Counted from the first letter of the stretch, positions 46,448-56,314 are shown. The stretch is 64,000 nucleotides of DNA from Roseibacillus sp. (GCA_965242925.1 CBDEUM010000014.1:1-64000); one strand, 5' to 3'. The notes: generated by a model not told the origin, from the sequence alone. Translations and numbers: made by a program.

Positions 46448-46578
46448 GGGGTCGCCGGCCCCGGAAGCACCCGCCTGTCACCTGTCTGTCAAAATAGAAC
46501 CGGCTCCCGCAATCAGCACCGGGACCAGCTCGTATTCGCATTGCCAACCACCCCCCCGCCCCCTATCACAGCCCCACC

Positions 46579-47232
46579 ATGAAACTGCTCAGCACTCTCG
46601 CCTTCATGCTCACGCTGTCAGGCCTTGCCCTGGCCGACCATCACAAGTCCAAGGACAAGGACGGATTCTACGAACTCTTCAACGGCAAGAACCTCGATGG
46701 CTGGACCATCAACGAATCGCCCGCCTCCTGGAAGGTGGACGATGGCAAGATCATCGTGAAGGGACCCCGCTCCCACCTCTTCTACAGTGGCAAGGTGAAC
46801 AAGGCCAATTTCAGGAACTTTGAGGCCAGGCTCCAGGTCCTCACCAAGAAGGGCGCCAATGCCGGTTTCTACTTCCACACCAAGTTCCAGAAGAACGGCT
46901 GGCCCAAGAAGGGCTACGAGGCCCAGATCAACGCCACCCAGGGAGACCCCAAGAAGACGGGCAGCCTCTACGGTGTACGCAATGTCATGAACACTGCTCC
47001 CCACAAGGACGAGGAGTGGTTCGACTACCACATCACCGTGAAGGGCAAGAGCATCACCATGAAGGTCAACGGCAAGACCACGGTGGAGTACACCGAACCG
47101 AAAGATGGCCCGACCAAGGCGGAGCGCGGTGGCTTCGACCGCTTCCTCGACAGCGGCACCTTCGCCATCCAGTGCCACGACCCCGGCAGCGAGGTTCATA
47201 TCCGGAGTGTCAAGGTCAAGCCCCTCGACTAG
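46579..47232 (+). CDS. DUF1080 protein
   Basis: LFNGKNLDGW, ANAGFYFH, GTFAIQCHDP; signal peptide. Confidence 0.9.
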   Translation: MKLLSTLAFMLTLSGLALADHHKSKDKDGFYELFNGKNLDGWTINESPASWKVDDGKIIVKGPRSHLFYSGKVNKANFRNFEARLQVLTKKGANAGFYFHTKFQKNGWPKKGYEAQINATQGDPKKTGSLYGVRNVMNTAPHKDEEWFDYHITVKGKSITMKVNGKTTVEYTEPKDGPTKAERGGFDRFLDSGTFAIQCHDPGSEVHIRSVKVKPLD

Positions 47233-47294
47233 CTGTGGCCGGACCTTCCCAAGTCGGAATCTGAAGGCCGCATCAGTTGAACATCATTCTCTGG

Positions 47295-47330
47295 AACGCT
47301 CCCCGGTCATGCGCCCGGGAGCGTTTCTTG
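47295..47330 (+). terminator. Probable intrinsic terminator
   Basis: AACGCTCCC...GGGAGCGTT hairpin followed by TCTTGT. Confidence 0.5.
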
Positions 47331-47533
47331 TCTACGCGACTACCCTTCCCGGAGAACGCCATTCCGCCCGCCAGAGACTGAAGCCCTCAAATCACAAGCT
47401 TCCATCCACCCCCCTTCCCTCCCTTTTCGACAATCCCGTGATCGATTTTCGGCCATGGAACCCGTAATCTGGCGCAAGCGTACGGAGCCCAGCCACAGAA
47501 GGCGGATCTCTTGCACCCCCCACTTTGACCCCG

Positions 47534-50098
47534 ATGCCAGATCAACACAGGGCAGCCGATGACGCCTCCGGGACTCCGAAACCGAAGGAGCTCAATGCCC
47601 TCCTGCCTGCTTACGAGGTCAAACAACTAGTGGCCCGTGGCAGCATGGGAGCAGTCTACCTCGCCCGGCAGAAATCCCTCGACCGTGATATTGCACTCAA
47701 GATCCTCCCCAGGAAGTTCGGCCGCGACCCGGCTTTCCGTGCCAGTTTCGAGGAGGAGGCCAGAACCATGGCCAGACTACGCCACCCGAACCTGATCGGG
47801 GTGCACGACTTCGGCGAAATCAAAGGCTACCTCTACCTCATCATGGACTTCGTGGACGGGAAGTCCCTTCGCAACTCGGCGCGCGGCCGGGCGATCGCAC
47901 AGAAAACCGCCGCCCAGGTAGTGTTATCCATCTGCGAAGGACTTGCCCAGGCACATAAGGCCGGCATCGCTCATCGCAACCTCAAACCCTCGAACATCCT
48001 GATCGGCTCCAACCGGAAACCACGGATTGGTGATTTCGGACTGGTCGGACATTCCAACGAGACGGAGGACTGCGTCTCCCCGCAATATTCCAGCCCGGAG
48101 GCAATGCAGAATCCTCCCAAGGCCAACGAACGATCCGATGTCTACTCCGTGGGCGTGATCCTCTACGAGTTGCTGACCGGAGAACTCCCCGGCGAGAACT
48201 ACGCTCCTCCCTCCCGGACCAAGGACCAGAAGGTAGACGCCCGGTTCGACAAGATCGTGCGTCGGGCCATGCACCCCGCTCCCGGCATGCGCTTTGCCAA
48301 CGCCGGGGCGATGGCCAGGGAGCTCGAACCCCTCGTCGATCATCTGGACGACGAGGACGGCAGCAGCCTGCTGAGTAGCAGGAGCAACGAACCCGCAGCC
48401 GAGTTGCAGACTTCCGACGAAGTGGAGGAATCGCACGGACGGGCGGTCCAGCAAAATGAGACTCTCGCGGCGATGGCGGCCACCGAGTCCAGACGTTACG
48501 ACCGCCTGATCGCATCCAAGATCCTGATAATCGCCATCCTCCTGATGGCCCTCCTCTACGTTTGGTCCGCCTACAACCGGAGAAAAGAAGACTCGGAACG
48601 CCGGGCCGACATGGCTGAAAAACTGAAGGGTGCAAATGACTCGAAAGGCCGGAAGAACCCCTGGGCCGACCTCACGAACACGCCGCTCACGAACAAGCCG
48701 CAACAGCCCGCACCCCCGCAACCGCGCGCATGGACCCTCCCCAATCTCCAGGACCGGCTCCTTCGCGGGGAACGGAGCCGGTTCCCCGAAGGCACCTGGG
48801 ACCTGGCCACCCGCAAGGTCTATTTCGTGGGGTCAGCCATGAGCTGGGGCGACGCCAGCAAGTTCGCGGAAGCCCACGGCGCTCATCTCGCCACCATCCG
48901 CAACGAGGAAGAGCGCATCGCCCTGGTCGCCCGGCTCCCCGAGGGGAAGACCACCTGGCTGGGAGGAGGGATGACCGGGGCCAAAACCTGGGGATGGGTG
49001 GATGGAACCACCTCTCCCCTGAGTAAGCCCACCGAGGCGACCGGCCGCTACCTCAACATGAGCGGAGGTGGAACAATTCGGGCCCTCCCCGGAAAGGCCA
49101 AGCATCCCTTTTTCCTCCAGTGGCATCTGGACGGCAGGAACCCGGGATCCTTCAATGCTCAGCTCCAGCGCTTCAACTTGTCGATTGACCAGCGGCTGCC
49201 GGCCTTCCCCCCGGGCACGGTCACGAGTGGAGAACGACATTACCTCGTCCTCGAGCGAAAGCTGGGATGGGAAAAGGCCCGGGACCTGGCCAGGGAAGCC
49301 AATGGGCACCTGGCCATTCCGGGAAACCAGGCCGAGCACGACTACCTCAAGCGCGTACTCAGCACCTGCCTGCAGGAAAATATGGCCGCCTGGATCGGGG
49401 GCTACTATAAAGGCGATTCGTGGCAGTGGGTCACCAAGGAACCCTGGTCCTTCACCGCCTGGTCCCCACCCCCTGCCCGTGGTCTTGATCCCGGGGCCAC
49501 CTCGCTCTGCTTCACGGCCGGGGAGGCCGCCGGCTGGGATAATGTGGCCCCCACGGTTGAACTCCCTGCTCTCGTCATCGAGTGGAGCAAGGACCAGTTC
49601 GCAGCGGAAACTCCTCCCCCCGGGAAGTCCGAATCCTGGACCAAGCTGCGCAACCAGTGCACGGTCAATCTCACCAGCAAGCGGGAAAGGTTCCTGAAAC
49701 TTCTCAAGAGCAACGGCACCGCCATGAACACAGCCCTCGAGAACTGGTACAATGCCCTCGCTCTCCAGGATCGAGGACGCCACTCCATCGCGTTCCAGCA
49801 GGCCCGGGCAAAGGTCGCACAGGATGGACGCATCAACGAAGAAGGCCGGTTCCCGCCCCTTCCCTCCGAAATCGCCTCGGTGTGCAATGCCCACCTGCGT
49901 GAGCAGCGCGAACTTGATCGGGAATACGCCGATGTGCTGGAAACCGCTCGCAAGACCTACGTGCAAAAGCTGGGAGTCCTCCTGACGGAGGCCCAGCGCG
50001 AACGCCGCTTCGCCGGGGTTATTGAGATTGAAAATGAACTGGACGCGGTGGATGACACCCAGTCCTTCGCAATCCACTTCAAGGTCGCCGGGACGTAG
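47534..50098 (+). CDS. Membrane Ser/Thr (pseudo)kinase with two C-type lectin-like domains
   Basis: IALK, HRNLKPSN, DFG, YSSPE; TM helix; W..A...A...G.HLA.I...E...W(L/I)GG...W.W(V) twice. Confidence 0.85.
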   Translation: MPDQHRAADDASGTPKPKELNALLPAYEVKQLVARGSMGAVYLARQKSLDRDIALKILPRKFGRDPAFRASFEEEARTMARLRHPNLIGVHDFGEIKGYLYLIMDFVDGKSLRNSARGRAIAQKTAAQVVLSICEGLAQAHKAGIAHRNLKPSNILIGSNRKPRIGDFGLVGHSNETEDCVSPQYSSPEAMQNPPKANERSDVYSVGVILYELLTGELPGENYAPPSRTKDQKVDARFDKIVRRAMHPAPGMRFANAGAMARELEPLVDHLDDEDGSSLLSSRSNEPAAELQTSDEVEESHGRAVQQNETLAAMAATESRRYDRLIASKILIIAILLMALLYVWSAYNRRKEDSERRADMAEKLKGANDSKGRKNPWADLTNTPLTNKPQQPAPPQPRAWTLPNLQDRLLRGERSRFPEGTWDLATRKVYFVGSAMSWGDASKFAEAHGAHLATIRNEEERIALVARLPEGKTTWLGGGMTGAKTWGWVDGTTSPLSKPTEATGRYLNMSGGGTIRALPGKAKHPFFLQWHLDGRNPGSFNAQLQRFNLSIDQRLPAFPPGTVTSGERHYLVLERKLGWEKARDLAREANGHLAIPGNQAEHDYLKRVLSTCLQENMAAWIGGYYKGDSWQWVTKEPWSFTAWSPPPARGLDPGATSLCFTAGEAAGWDNVAPTVELPALVIEWSKDQFAAETPPPGKSESWTKLRNQCTVNLTSKRERFLKLLKSNGTAMNTALENWYNALALQDRGRHSIAFQQARAKVAQDGRINEEGRFPPLPSEIASVCNAHLREQRELDREYADVLETARKTYVQKLGVLLTEAQRERRFAGVIEIENELDAVDDTQSFAIHFKVAGT

Positions 50099-50229
50099 CA
50101 GGTGAACCACCCGATGACCCCTATTAATTTAATCGCCACCTGCTTCCCATGATATGCCCATCGGTTAATCGTCCGCGTCGACCCTCATGCTGTAAGGTCT
50201 CATTTCTCCGAATCCTCCAAAACCATCCC

Positions 50230-51678
50230 ATGAAAACACTCCTCCTGCCCGCTCTCCTCGCCTTGGCTTCCCTCTGTGTCCAGGCCGATCCGCTCATCTC
50301 CTCTTGGTACACCGAGGAGTCCGGAAGCTACGCCCGGATCTACCGCAACCTGGTCGACGAAAGTGCCGGGGATGCGGTCACCACTTGGAGCCGGGGCCAG
50401 GGCAACCAGACCCAGCCCACCTACGGCGGGGTCCACAGGATCGAATCCTCTTCCGACTGGATCTACATCCACACCACCGGACTGGCTTCCAGCCACGTGA
50501 TGGGACCCTGGTATGGAGACGAAGCCAAGACCCTGCCTTTCCCGAATTTTCCATCCAATCAAGCCGTCATCTACCGTATCCCGAGGGACCCGGCCATCCC
50601 CGCTAACCTTACGGCCACATCACTCGGGGCCGTTGGATACTTCGTGGACGGGGTGGCCCAGTTCGACGGTCAGGACGGCTTTTCCTATGGCAGCTTCAGG
50701 GGCGAGGACGCCTCCCCCGGCAGTGGTTACTGGAACCACGATGCCTACGTCAGCGAGGGAGTGACCTTCGACAATGCCTTGGCACACCAAGCTGGGGGCA
50801 ATCACCACTATCATGTCAATCCCCCGGCCCTCCGTCATGCCCTCGGGGACAGTGTGGATCACGACATCGCCACAAATACCTACGCTGAAAACTTCAACGG
50901 TCGGCACTCTCCCATCATCGGCTGGGTCGCCGATGGCTACCCGATTTACGGACCCTACGGTTACTCTGATTCCGAGGACCCTTCCAGTCCCATCCGCCGC
51001 ATGATTTCCGGTTATCAACTGCGAACCGACCTTGCCAGCGGCGCAGCACGAGCCAGTTATCCTGCCTGGGCCGAGCGGTTCCACGGTGTTGGCCCCGCTC
51101 TCTCCGGCAGTCAACTCGGTCCCAACGTCAACGCCGAAATCGACGGGGAGACCTATTCCCTCGGTCGCTACCTGGAGGACCACGACTACAAGGGCGACCT
51201 CGACATGACGCTCGGGGAAGATTTCGATCTCAACGAACAGAACGGCCGCTTCTGTGTGACCCCGGAGTTTCCCGGGGGCACCTGGGCCTACTTCACCTGT
51301 ATCGATCCCGATGGCAACCCGGTCTTTCCCTACAACATCGGTCCTCAGTTCATTGGATCCCCCACCGGGGGAACCGTGAATGCCGTCACGGAAAGCACCA
51401 CCGTCCACTTCCTGGGCGGACCCAACATGGAAGACACGATTGATGCCGTCCGTCACAGCCCCGATTCAGATGAGATCATCCTCACCTGGTCCACGGTTGA
51501 AGGCGGCACCTACCAGGTCGAGTCTTCTGCCGACCTCCAGGCATGGGTCGAAGAAGGCGCGGCGTTCAGCATGGATGCCAATCAGGTGACCGTGACCGAT
51601 GCCCGAGATCCCGGAGGAAGCTTCTTCTATCGCCTCGTCCGCAAAAGCATCGCGGACTATGACGACACCGGATTCTGA
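50230..51678 (+). CDS. YHYH-family secreted protein 1
   Basis: GYFVDGV, AHQAGGNHHYH, HSPIIGWVADGYPIYGPYG, DL.E.NGRFCVTPEFP.GTWAYF. Confidence 0.85.
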   Translation: MKTLLLPALLALASLCVQADPLISSWYTEESGSYARIYRNLVDESAGDAVTTWSRGQGNQTQPTYGGVHRIESSSDWIYIHTTGLASSHVMGPWYGDEAKTLPFPNFPSNQAVIYRIPRDPAIPANLTATSLGAVGYFVDGVAQFDGQDGFSYGSFRGEDASPGSGYWNHDAYVSEGVTFDNALAHQAGGNHHYHVNPPALRHALGDSVDHDIATNTYAENFNGRHSPIIGWVADGYPIYGPYGYSDSEDPSSPIRRMISGYQLRTDLASGAARASYPAWAERFHGVGPALSGSQLGPNVNAEIDGETYSLGRYLEDHDYKGDLDMTLGEDFDLNEQNGRFCVTPEFPGGTWAYFTCIDPDGNPVFPYNIGPQFIGSPTGGTVNAVTESTTVHFLGGPNMEDTIDAVRHSPDSDEIILTWSTVEGGTYQVESSADLQAWVEEGAAFSMDANQVTVTDARDPGGSFFYRLVRKSIADYDDTGF

Positions 51679-51999
51679 GACTGCAGGACAGGCCTCCCGG
51701 CGGGAACAAGCAAGTGATTCGCAACTGTCGGGATCTGCTCCATACTCTCGTTCCTCCTGGGCGTTATCCTAACAGAATCGGGTTACTCCCCACCTCTACT
51801 TCCTCCGTTGGAAATTCTTCGAATTGGAAGGTGCCCTGTGCGAAGGGTAATGCGTCTCGCCGGGTTTTCAGGGATGTTGCCTGCACCTGCTAAGGCTCGA
51901 TTTCGACAGCACCTCAATAATGTTAAGCTGGTGTAAAAAAGGTTCCAAAAAAACCGTGAGTGAGTAGGTGATTCCATGCGCTCGGAAACCCCCGGATCC

Positions 52000-53760
52000 A
52001 TGCCTGCTCCGTCCCCCTGCCTGATGCCCCTGCTTGCCGCATTGTGTTTACCGGCTGCTGCGGAGCCTCAATTGACTTCCTGGTACACCGCGCAGAGTGG
52101 AAAATACGCCCGTATCTTCACCAGTAAGGAAAACGAGGCGGCAGGCATCACCTCGACCACCTGGAACCGGGGTCAGGGTACGCAGGCCTCCCCGACCTAC
52201 TCAGGGGTGCACGAGATCCACCATGACGCCACCTGGGTCTACATCAGGACCAGCGGGCTGGGTTTCCACCCCATGGGGCCCTGGTACCTTAATGAAGCCA
52301 AGACCCGAAACTTCCCGAACTTCCCCGCAAACACTGCCACGACCTACCGCATCCCGCGCACCCCGACCTCCTTCAACGGCACCATTACCACCGGCTTCGG
52401 CTCGATTGGCTACTTCGTCGATGGTGTGGCGCTCTTTGACGCCACCGACACCTTCTCCTACATCAACAGCAGCAGCAGTGATGCAAGCCCCGCGGGAGGC
52501 GGGCGAGGGGATGGCGTCTGGAACCGCGATGCCTACGTCAACGAGGGGGTGACATTCGATTCCGCCAATGCTCACCAGGCGGGGAGCCTGCACCATTATC
52601 ACGCTAATGCTCCTGCCATCCGGCACCTGCTTGGTGACAGTGTTGACTACGAGGCCGGCGCTAATGCCTATACCGAGAACTTCAACGGCGGGCACTCGCC
52701 GATTCTGGGCTGGGTGTCGGACGGGCACCCGATCTACGGTCCCTACGGCTACGGCGATCCCAATGACCCTGGTTCTCCTGTGCGGCTCATGACCAGCGGC
52801 TACCAGAAGCGCGACGGCAGCAACGGCTCCACCTCCCTGAATCGGACCGGGCGGACCAGTCTTCCACTATGGGCCAACCGGTTACAGGGACGCACCACCG
52901 TCCTTGCCTCCAACCGCTACGGCCCCAATGTCAGCACCGCCTACGTTCTCGGCCACTACCTTGAGGACTACGCCTACATGGGGGATCTTGGCCTCAGCCA
53001 GGGCCCCCACTTTGACCTCGACGAATACAACGGACGCTTCTGTGTCACCCCGGAGTTCCCTGAGGGAATCTGGGCCTACTTCACGACCATCGATATGGAT
53101 GGCACCCCGGTCTTCCCCTACAACATCGGGCGCAACTTTTACGGCACCCCCAGCGGCGGCAACACCAACACTATTCCCGCCGGGTCCACCAGGGCCTTTA
53201 TCGGTGGGCCGAGCAAGCAGCACCGCGCAAGCGATGCCACCAGGGAAGACGGGGTGCTGACCCTCACCTGGTCCACGGTTGAAGGTGGCGCCTACCAGCT
53301 CGAGTCTTCTCCCAATCTCGGAACGTGGACCGAGGAAGGTGCGGACTTCACGGCACAATCAATCACGCAAACCACCAGTGACACGCCAAGTCCCGCCACT
53401 GAACCAACCCAATTCTATCGTCTCAAGCGCACCGGCATCGCCACCTATGACGATTCCGGCTTCGACAACCAGTTCGAAGGCACTGGCGGAAATAATGGCG
53501 GCGGGGGCGGGGGCGGCGCGGACAACTTCGTCGCCAACTTCACCGGACCTCCCCTTCCTCCGGCCAACGTCATCCAGGAACTGCGAATCGGTAATCCCGG
53601 TATTCCGGCCACCCTCGTCAGCCTCGACTCAAGAACCCAACTCACCGTCTCGTTTGACGCCAGCGCCCTCCCTCCCGGAAGCCATGCCGTCTACGTCATT
53701 TTCACTCCCCCGGGACGTCCCCTGCTCACCCTTACTTCCACCAACCGCTTCTCCCCCTGA
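52000..53760 (+). CDS. YHYH-family secreted protein 2 with a Gly linker and a C-terminal Ig/IPT-like domain
   Basis: Paralog of the upstream gene (AHQAGSLHHYH, HSPILGWVSDGHPIYGPYG); start uncertain (51976, 52000 or 52024). Confidence 0.85.
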   Translation: MPAPSPCLMPLLAALCLPAAAEPQLTSWYTAQSGKYARIFTSKENEAAGITSTTWNRGQGTQASPTYSGVHEIHHDATWVYIRTSGLGFHPMGPWYLNEAKTRNFPNFPANTATTYRIPRTPTSFNGTITTGFGSIGYFVDGVALFDATDTFSYINSSSSDASPAGGGRGDGVWNRDAYVNEGVTFDSANAHQAGSLHHYHANAPAIRHLLGDSVDYEAGANAYTENFNGGHSPILGWVSDGHPIYGPYGYGDPNDPGSPVRLMTSGYQKRDGSNGSTSLNRTGRTSLPLWANRLQGRTTVLASNRYGPNVSTAYVLGHYLEDYAYMGDLGLSQGPHFDLDEYNGRFCVTPEFPEGIWAYFTTIDMDGTPVFPYNIGRNFYGTPSGGNTNTIPAGSTRAFIGGPSKQHRASDATREDGVLTLTWSTVEGGAYQLESSPNLGTWTEEGADFTAQSITQTTSDTPSPATEPTQFYRLKRTGIATYDDSGFDNQFEGTGGNNGGGGGGGADNFVANFTGPPLPPANVIQELRIGNPGIPATLVSLDSRTQLTVSFDASALPPGSHAVYVIFTPPGRPLLTLTSTNRFSP

Positions 53761-53846
53761 GGGGACACCTTGCCATTGCCTAAAGACGAAGTCTGCTTCC
53801 CTGTTGGCAGGGACCGACGCCCCAGCTATCCTCCGGACTAGGATCC

Positions 53847-55598
53847 ATGACCGCGCGCCTTCTCTGGCTCTCTAGCCTCCTCACCGTCGGCTCGCATCTG
53901 CAGGCTGGCGTCTCCCTTGAGTTCAGGCACCTCTGGGAGGGCAAACCCTTCACTATTCCCAGCGGGCCTTTCATCACCAGGTCCGGGGAGACCATCGAAC
54001 TTTCACGCCTCGCCTACCTTCTCTCCGAACCCCGCCTCCTCAGCCGCGGGAACAATACCTCCTCCGGGACCTGGCTGCGCCGCCACGACTGGTTCGCCTA
54101 TATCGATGGTTCCAGCCCGGGCGGTGTCAGTCGTCTCGATCTGGGTGACCTTCCCCGCCGGACCTACACCGTTTTGCAGTTTCATATCGGACTTGACCAG
54201 GAAACTGACGAGACCGATCCCAGCCAATACCCGGCAGATCATCCCCTCAACCCCAACCTCAACAATCTCCATTGGACTCCCCAGGGAGGTTACATCTTCC
54301 TCGCCATGGAAGGTCACCTTCGCAAGAACGGGGATACCGGCGGCTTCGCCTATCACCTGGGCAATGCCTGGAACCGGACTCCTGTCTCGCTGCCCCTCTT
54401 GCTCGAAATCACCGGTCCTGTCACCATTGCCATCGATATCCACCTCGATCGTCTTTTCAACGGCGCCGAACCCCTCCAGATCGCTGCCAATCCTTCCACT
54501 CACTCGCGCAAGGGCGACGAGATCGCGCAACTGCTGAAGAGCCGGATTCCTTCCGCCTTCTCGGTCCGTGAAATCCGGCAGGCGCGTCCGCCTGCCCCGG
54601 CGGATCCCCCCGCTCCCGGAAACCTGGTCGGCACGCCCTATCGTTTCCGGCTGGCCCGGGGCTTTCCCATTCCAGAGTTGCCCACCGACCCCCCGCTCAC
54701 CAACGAGGGCGTCGCCCTGGGCAAACGCCTCTTTCACGACCCCCTGCTTTCCGTCACCACCAAACAGTCCTGCTCCTCCTGCCACCAGATCGCTCACGCC
54801 CTTTCCGATTCACGCCGCTTCAGCGAGGGCGCAAGCGGATCACTGGGAACACGCAACGCCATGCCCCTCTTCAACCTCGCCTGGAAAGACTCGTTTTTCT
54901 GGGATGGCCGTGCCCCCTCGCTGCGGGTCCAGGCCCTGCAACCGATCCAGAATCCAATCGAGATGCACGAATCTCTTCCCAATGCCATCGCCAAGCTGAA
55001 AACCGCCAATTACGGCCCCCTCTTTCAGGCGGCCTTCGGCACGGCCGGCATCACGGAGGAGCGCCTCGGGATCGCCCTTGAACAATTCCTGCTGACCAAA
55101 ACATCCTACCGCTCCCGCTTCGATCAGGCTGCCAGGGGTGAGGGTGAACTGACGGACCAGGAGAAACGCGGATTCGAATTGTTCATGACGGAATACGATC
55201 CCCGCCGCGGTCTCAAGGGAGCCGATTGCTTCCACTGCCACGGCGGCGCTTTCTTCACCGATCACCGCTTCCACAACAATGGACTCCGGGATGATGAAGA
55301 TCGTGGACTGGAATCGGTGACCGGCAGGCCCACCGACCGCAATCGCTTCATCACGCCCTCTCTCCGCAACATCGCCCTCACTGCCCCCTACATGCACGAC
55401 GGCCGCTTCCAGACTCTGGAAGCGGTCATCAATCACTACAACTCGGGACTCCACCGCAGTTCGACCCTCGATCCCAACCTGGCCAAGCATCCCCCGGAGG
55501 GGCTTGGTCTGGGCAGGGAAGACAGAACCGCCCTCGTCGCATTTCTCAAAACGCTCACCGATCCCCAGTTCCTGCCGACGGCAAAAACGGGGAATTAG
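53847..55598 (+). CDS. MbnP-like domain fused to an MbnH/MauG-type di-heme cytochrome c peroxidase-family enzyme
   Basis: N-terminal L.Y..S..L, F.IG, HWT.QGGYIFLAMEG, YHLG (MbnP-like); CSSCH and CFHCH; FWDGRA; TPSLRNIALTAPYMHDG; VINHY. Confidence 0.82.
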   Translation: MTARLLWLSSLLTVGSHLQAGVSLEFRHLWEGKPFTIPSGPFITRSGETIELSRLAYLLSEPRLLSRGNNTSSGTWLRRHDWFAYIDGSSPGGVSRLDLGDLPRRTYTVLQFHIGLDQETDETDPSQYPADHPLNPNLNNLHWTPQGGYIFLAMEGHLRKNGDTGGFAYHLGNAWNRTPVSLPLLLEITGPVTIAIDIHLDRLFNGAEPLQIAANPSTHSRKGDEIAQLLKSRIPSAFSVREIRQARPPAPADPPAPGNLVGTPYRFRLARGFPIPELPTDPPLTNEGVALGKRLFHDPLLSVTTKQSCSSCHQIAHALSDSRRFSEGASGSLGTRNAMPLFNLAWKDSFFWDGRAPSLRVQALQPIQNPIEMHESLPNAIAKLKTANYGPLFQAAFGTAGITEERLGIALEQFLLTKTSYRSRFDQAARGEGELTDQEKRGFELFMTEYDPRRGLKGADCFHCHGGAFFTDHRFHNNGLRDDEDRGLESVTGRPTDRNRFITPSLRNIALTAPYMHDGRFQTLEAVINHYNSGLHRSSTLDPNLAKHPPEGLGLGREDRTALVAFLKTLTDPQFLPTAKTGN

Positions 55599-55717
55599 CA
55601 CTGCGCCCCCGGACGATGACCCGCTCCGCGCAGGGTTCGGTGCAAAGGCTGCCCTCCGCCACTCCCGGTCCTGAACTTCATGCAAAGTGTTGGACTCCTC
55701 GGGATCTTCGACCCACA

Positions 55718-56314
55718 GTGAGCCCGTTGAACCTGCCCAACTCGCTCACTGTCTCCCGCCTCGTTCTCACGGCCATCTTCGTGATCGGTTTCATACTGGG
55801 TAGCTGGGGTCCCATCGGCTACGGCATCGCCCTGGTGGCCTTCATCGTGGCTGCCGTCACTGATTTCCTGGACGGTTACTTCGCGCGCAAACTCAACCTC
55901 GTCACCTCCCTCGGCAAACTCCTGGACCCCATCGCCGACAAGGTCCTCACCGCCTCAGCCTTCATTTTCCTCTGCGACCACGAAAAAATACCCTGTCCGG
56001 CCTGGGTCGTCGTCATCATCCTCGCCCGCGAGTTCCTGGTGACCGGCCTGCGCCAGATTGCAGTCGAAAAGGGACAGGTTATCGCCGCGGACTGGAGCGG
56101 CAAATGGAAGACCGGATTCCAGATCGGATTCTGTATCACCGCCCTGGTCTGGCTTTTCCTGGAGTCCCTTGGACAGCAGGAATTCTTCCTCGCCCGACTG
56201 GCCCATCCCGACTCCTTTCTCATGCCCTCCTTCCTCTGGCTCTCCCTCGCCCTTACCATCATCTCCGGTCTCCACTACGTCCGGAACGGACGGGACCTCC
56301 TGCGGGACCATTGA
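55718..56314 (+). CDS. pgsA: CDP-diacylglycerol--glycerol-3-phosphate 3-phosphatidyltransferase
   Basis: NLPNSLTVSR, TDFLDGYFAR...GKLLDPIADK, REFLVTGLR, GKWKT; start GTG 55718 or TTG 55727. Confidence 0.9.
   Translation: MSPLNLPNSLTVSRLVLTAIFVIGFILGSWGPIGYGIALVAFIVAAVTDFLDGYFARKLNLVTSLGKLLDPIADKVLTASAFIFLCDHEKIPCPAWVVVIILAREFLVTGLRQIAVEKGQVIAADWSGKWKTGFQIGFCITALVWLFLESLGQQEFFLARLAHPDSFLMPSFLWLSLALTIISGLHYVRNGRDLLRDH

Noticed and set aside
51679..51975. Cobalamin-riboswitch-like words (GCAACTGT, AGGTGCCC) between the YHYH genes
   Set aside because: The elements are in the wrong order and there is no GGGAA core or B12 box; an Infernal search would settle it
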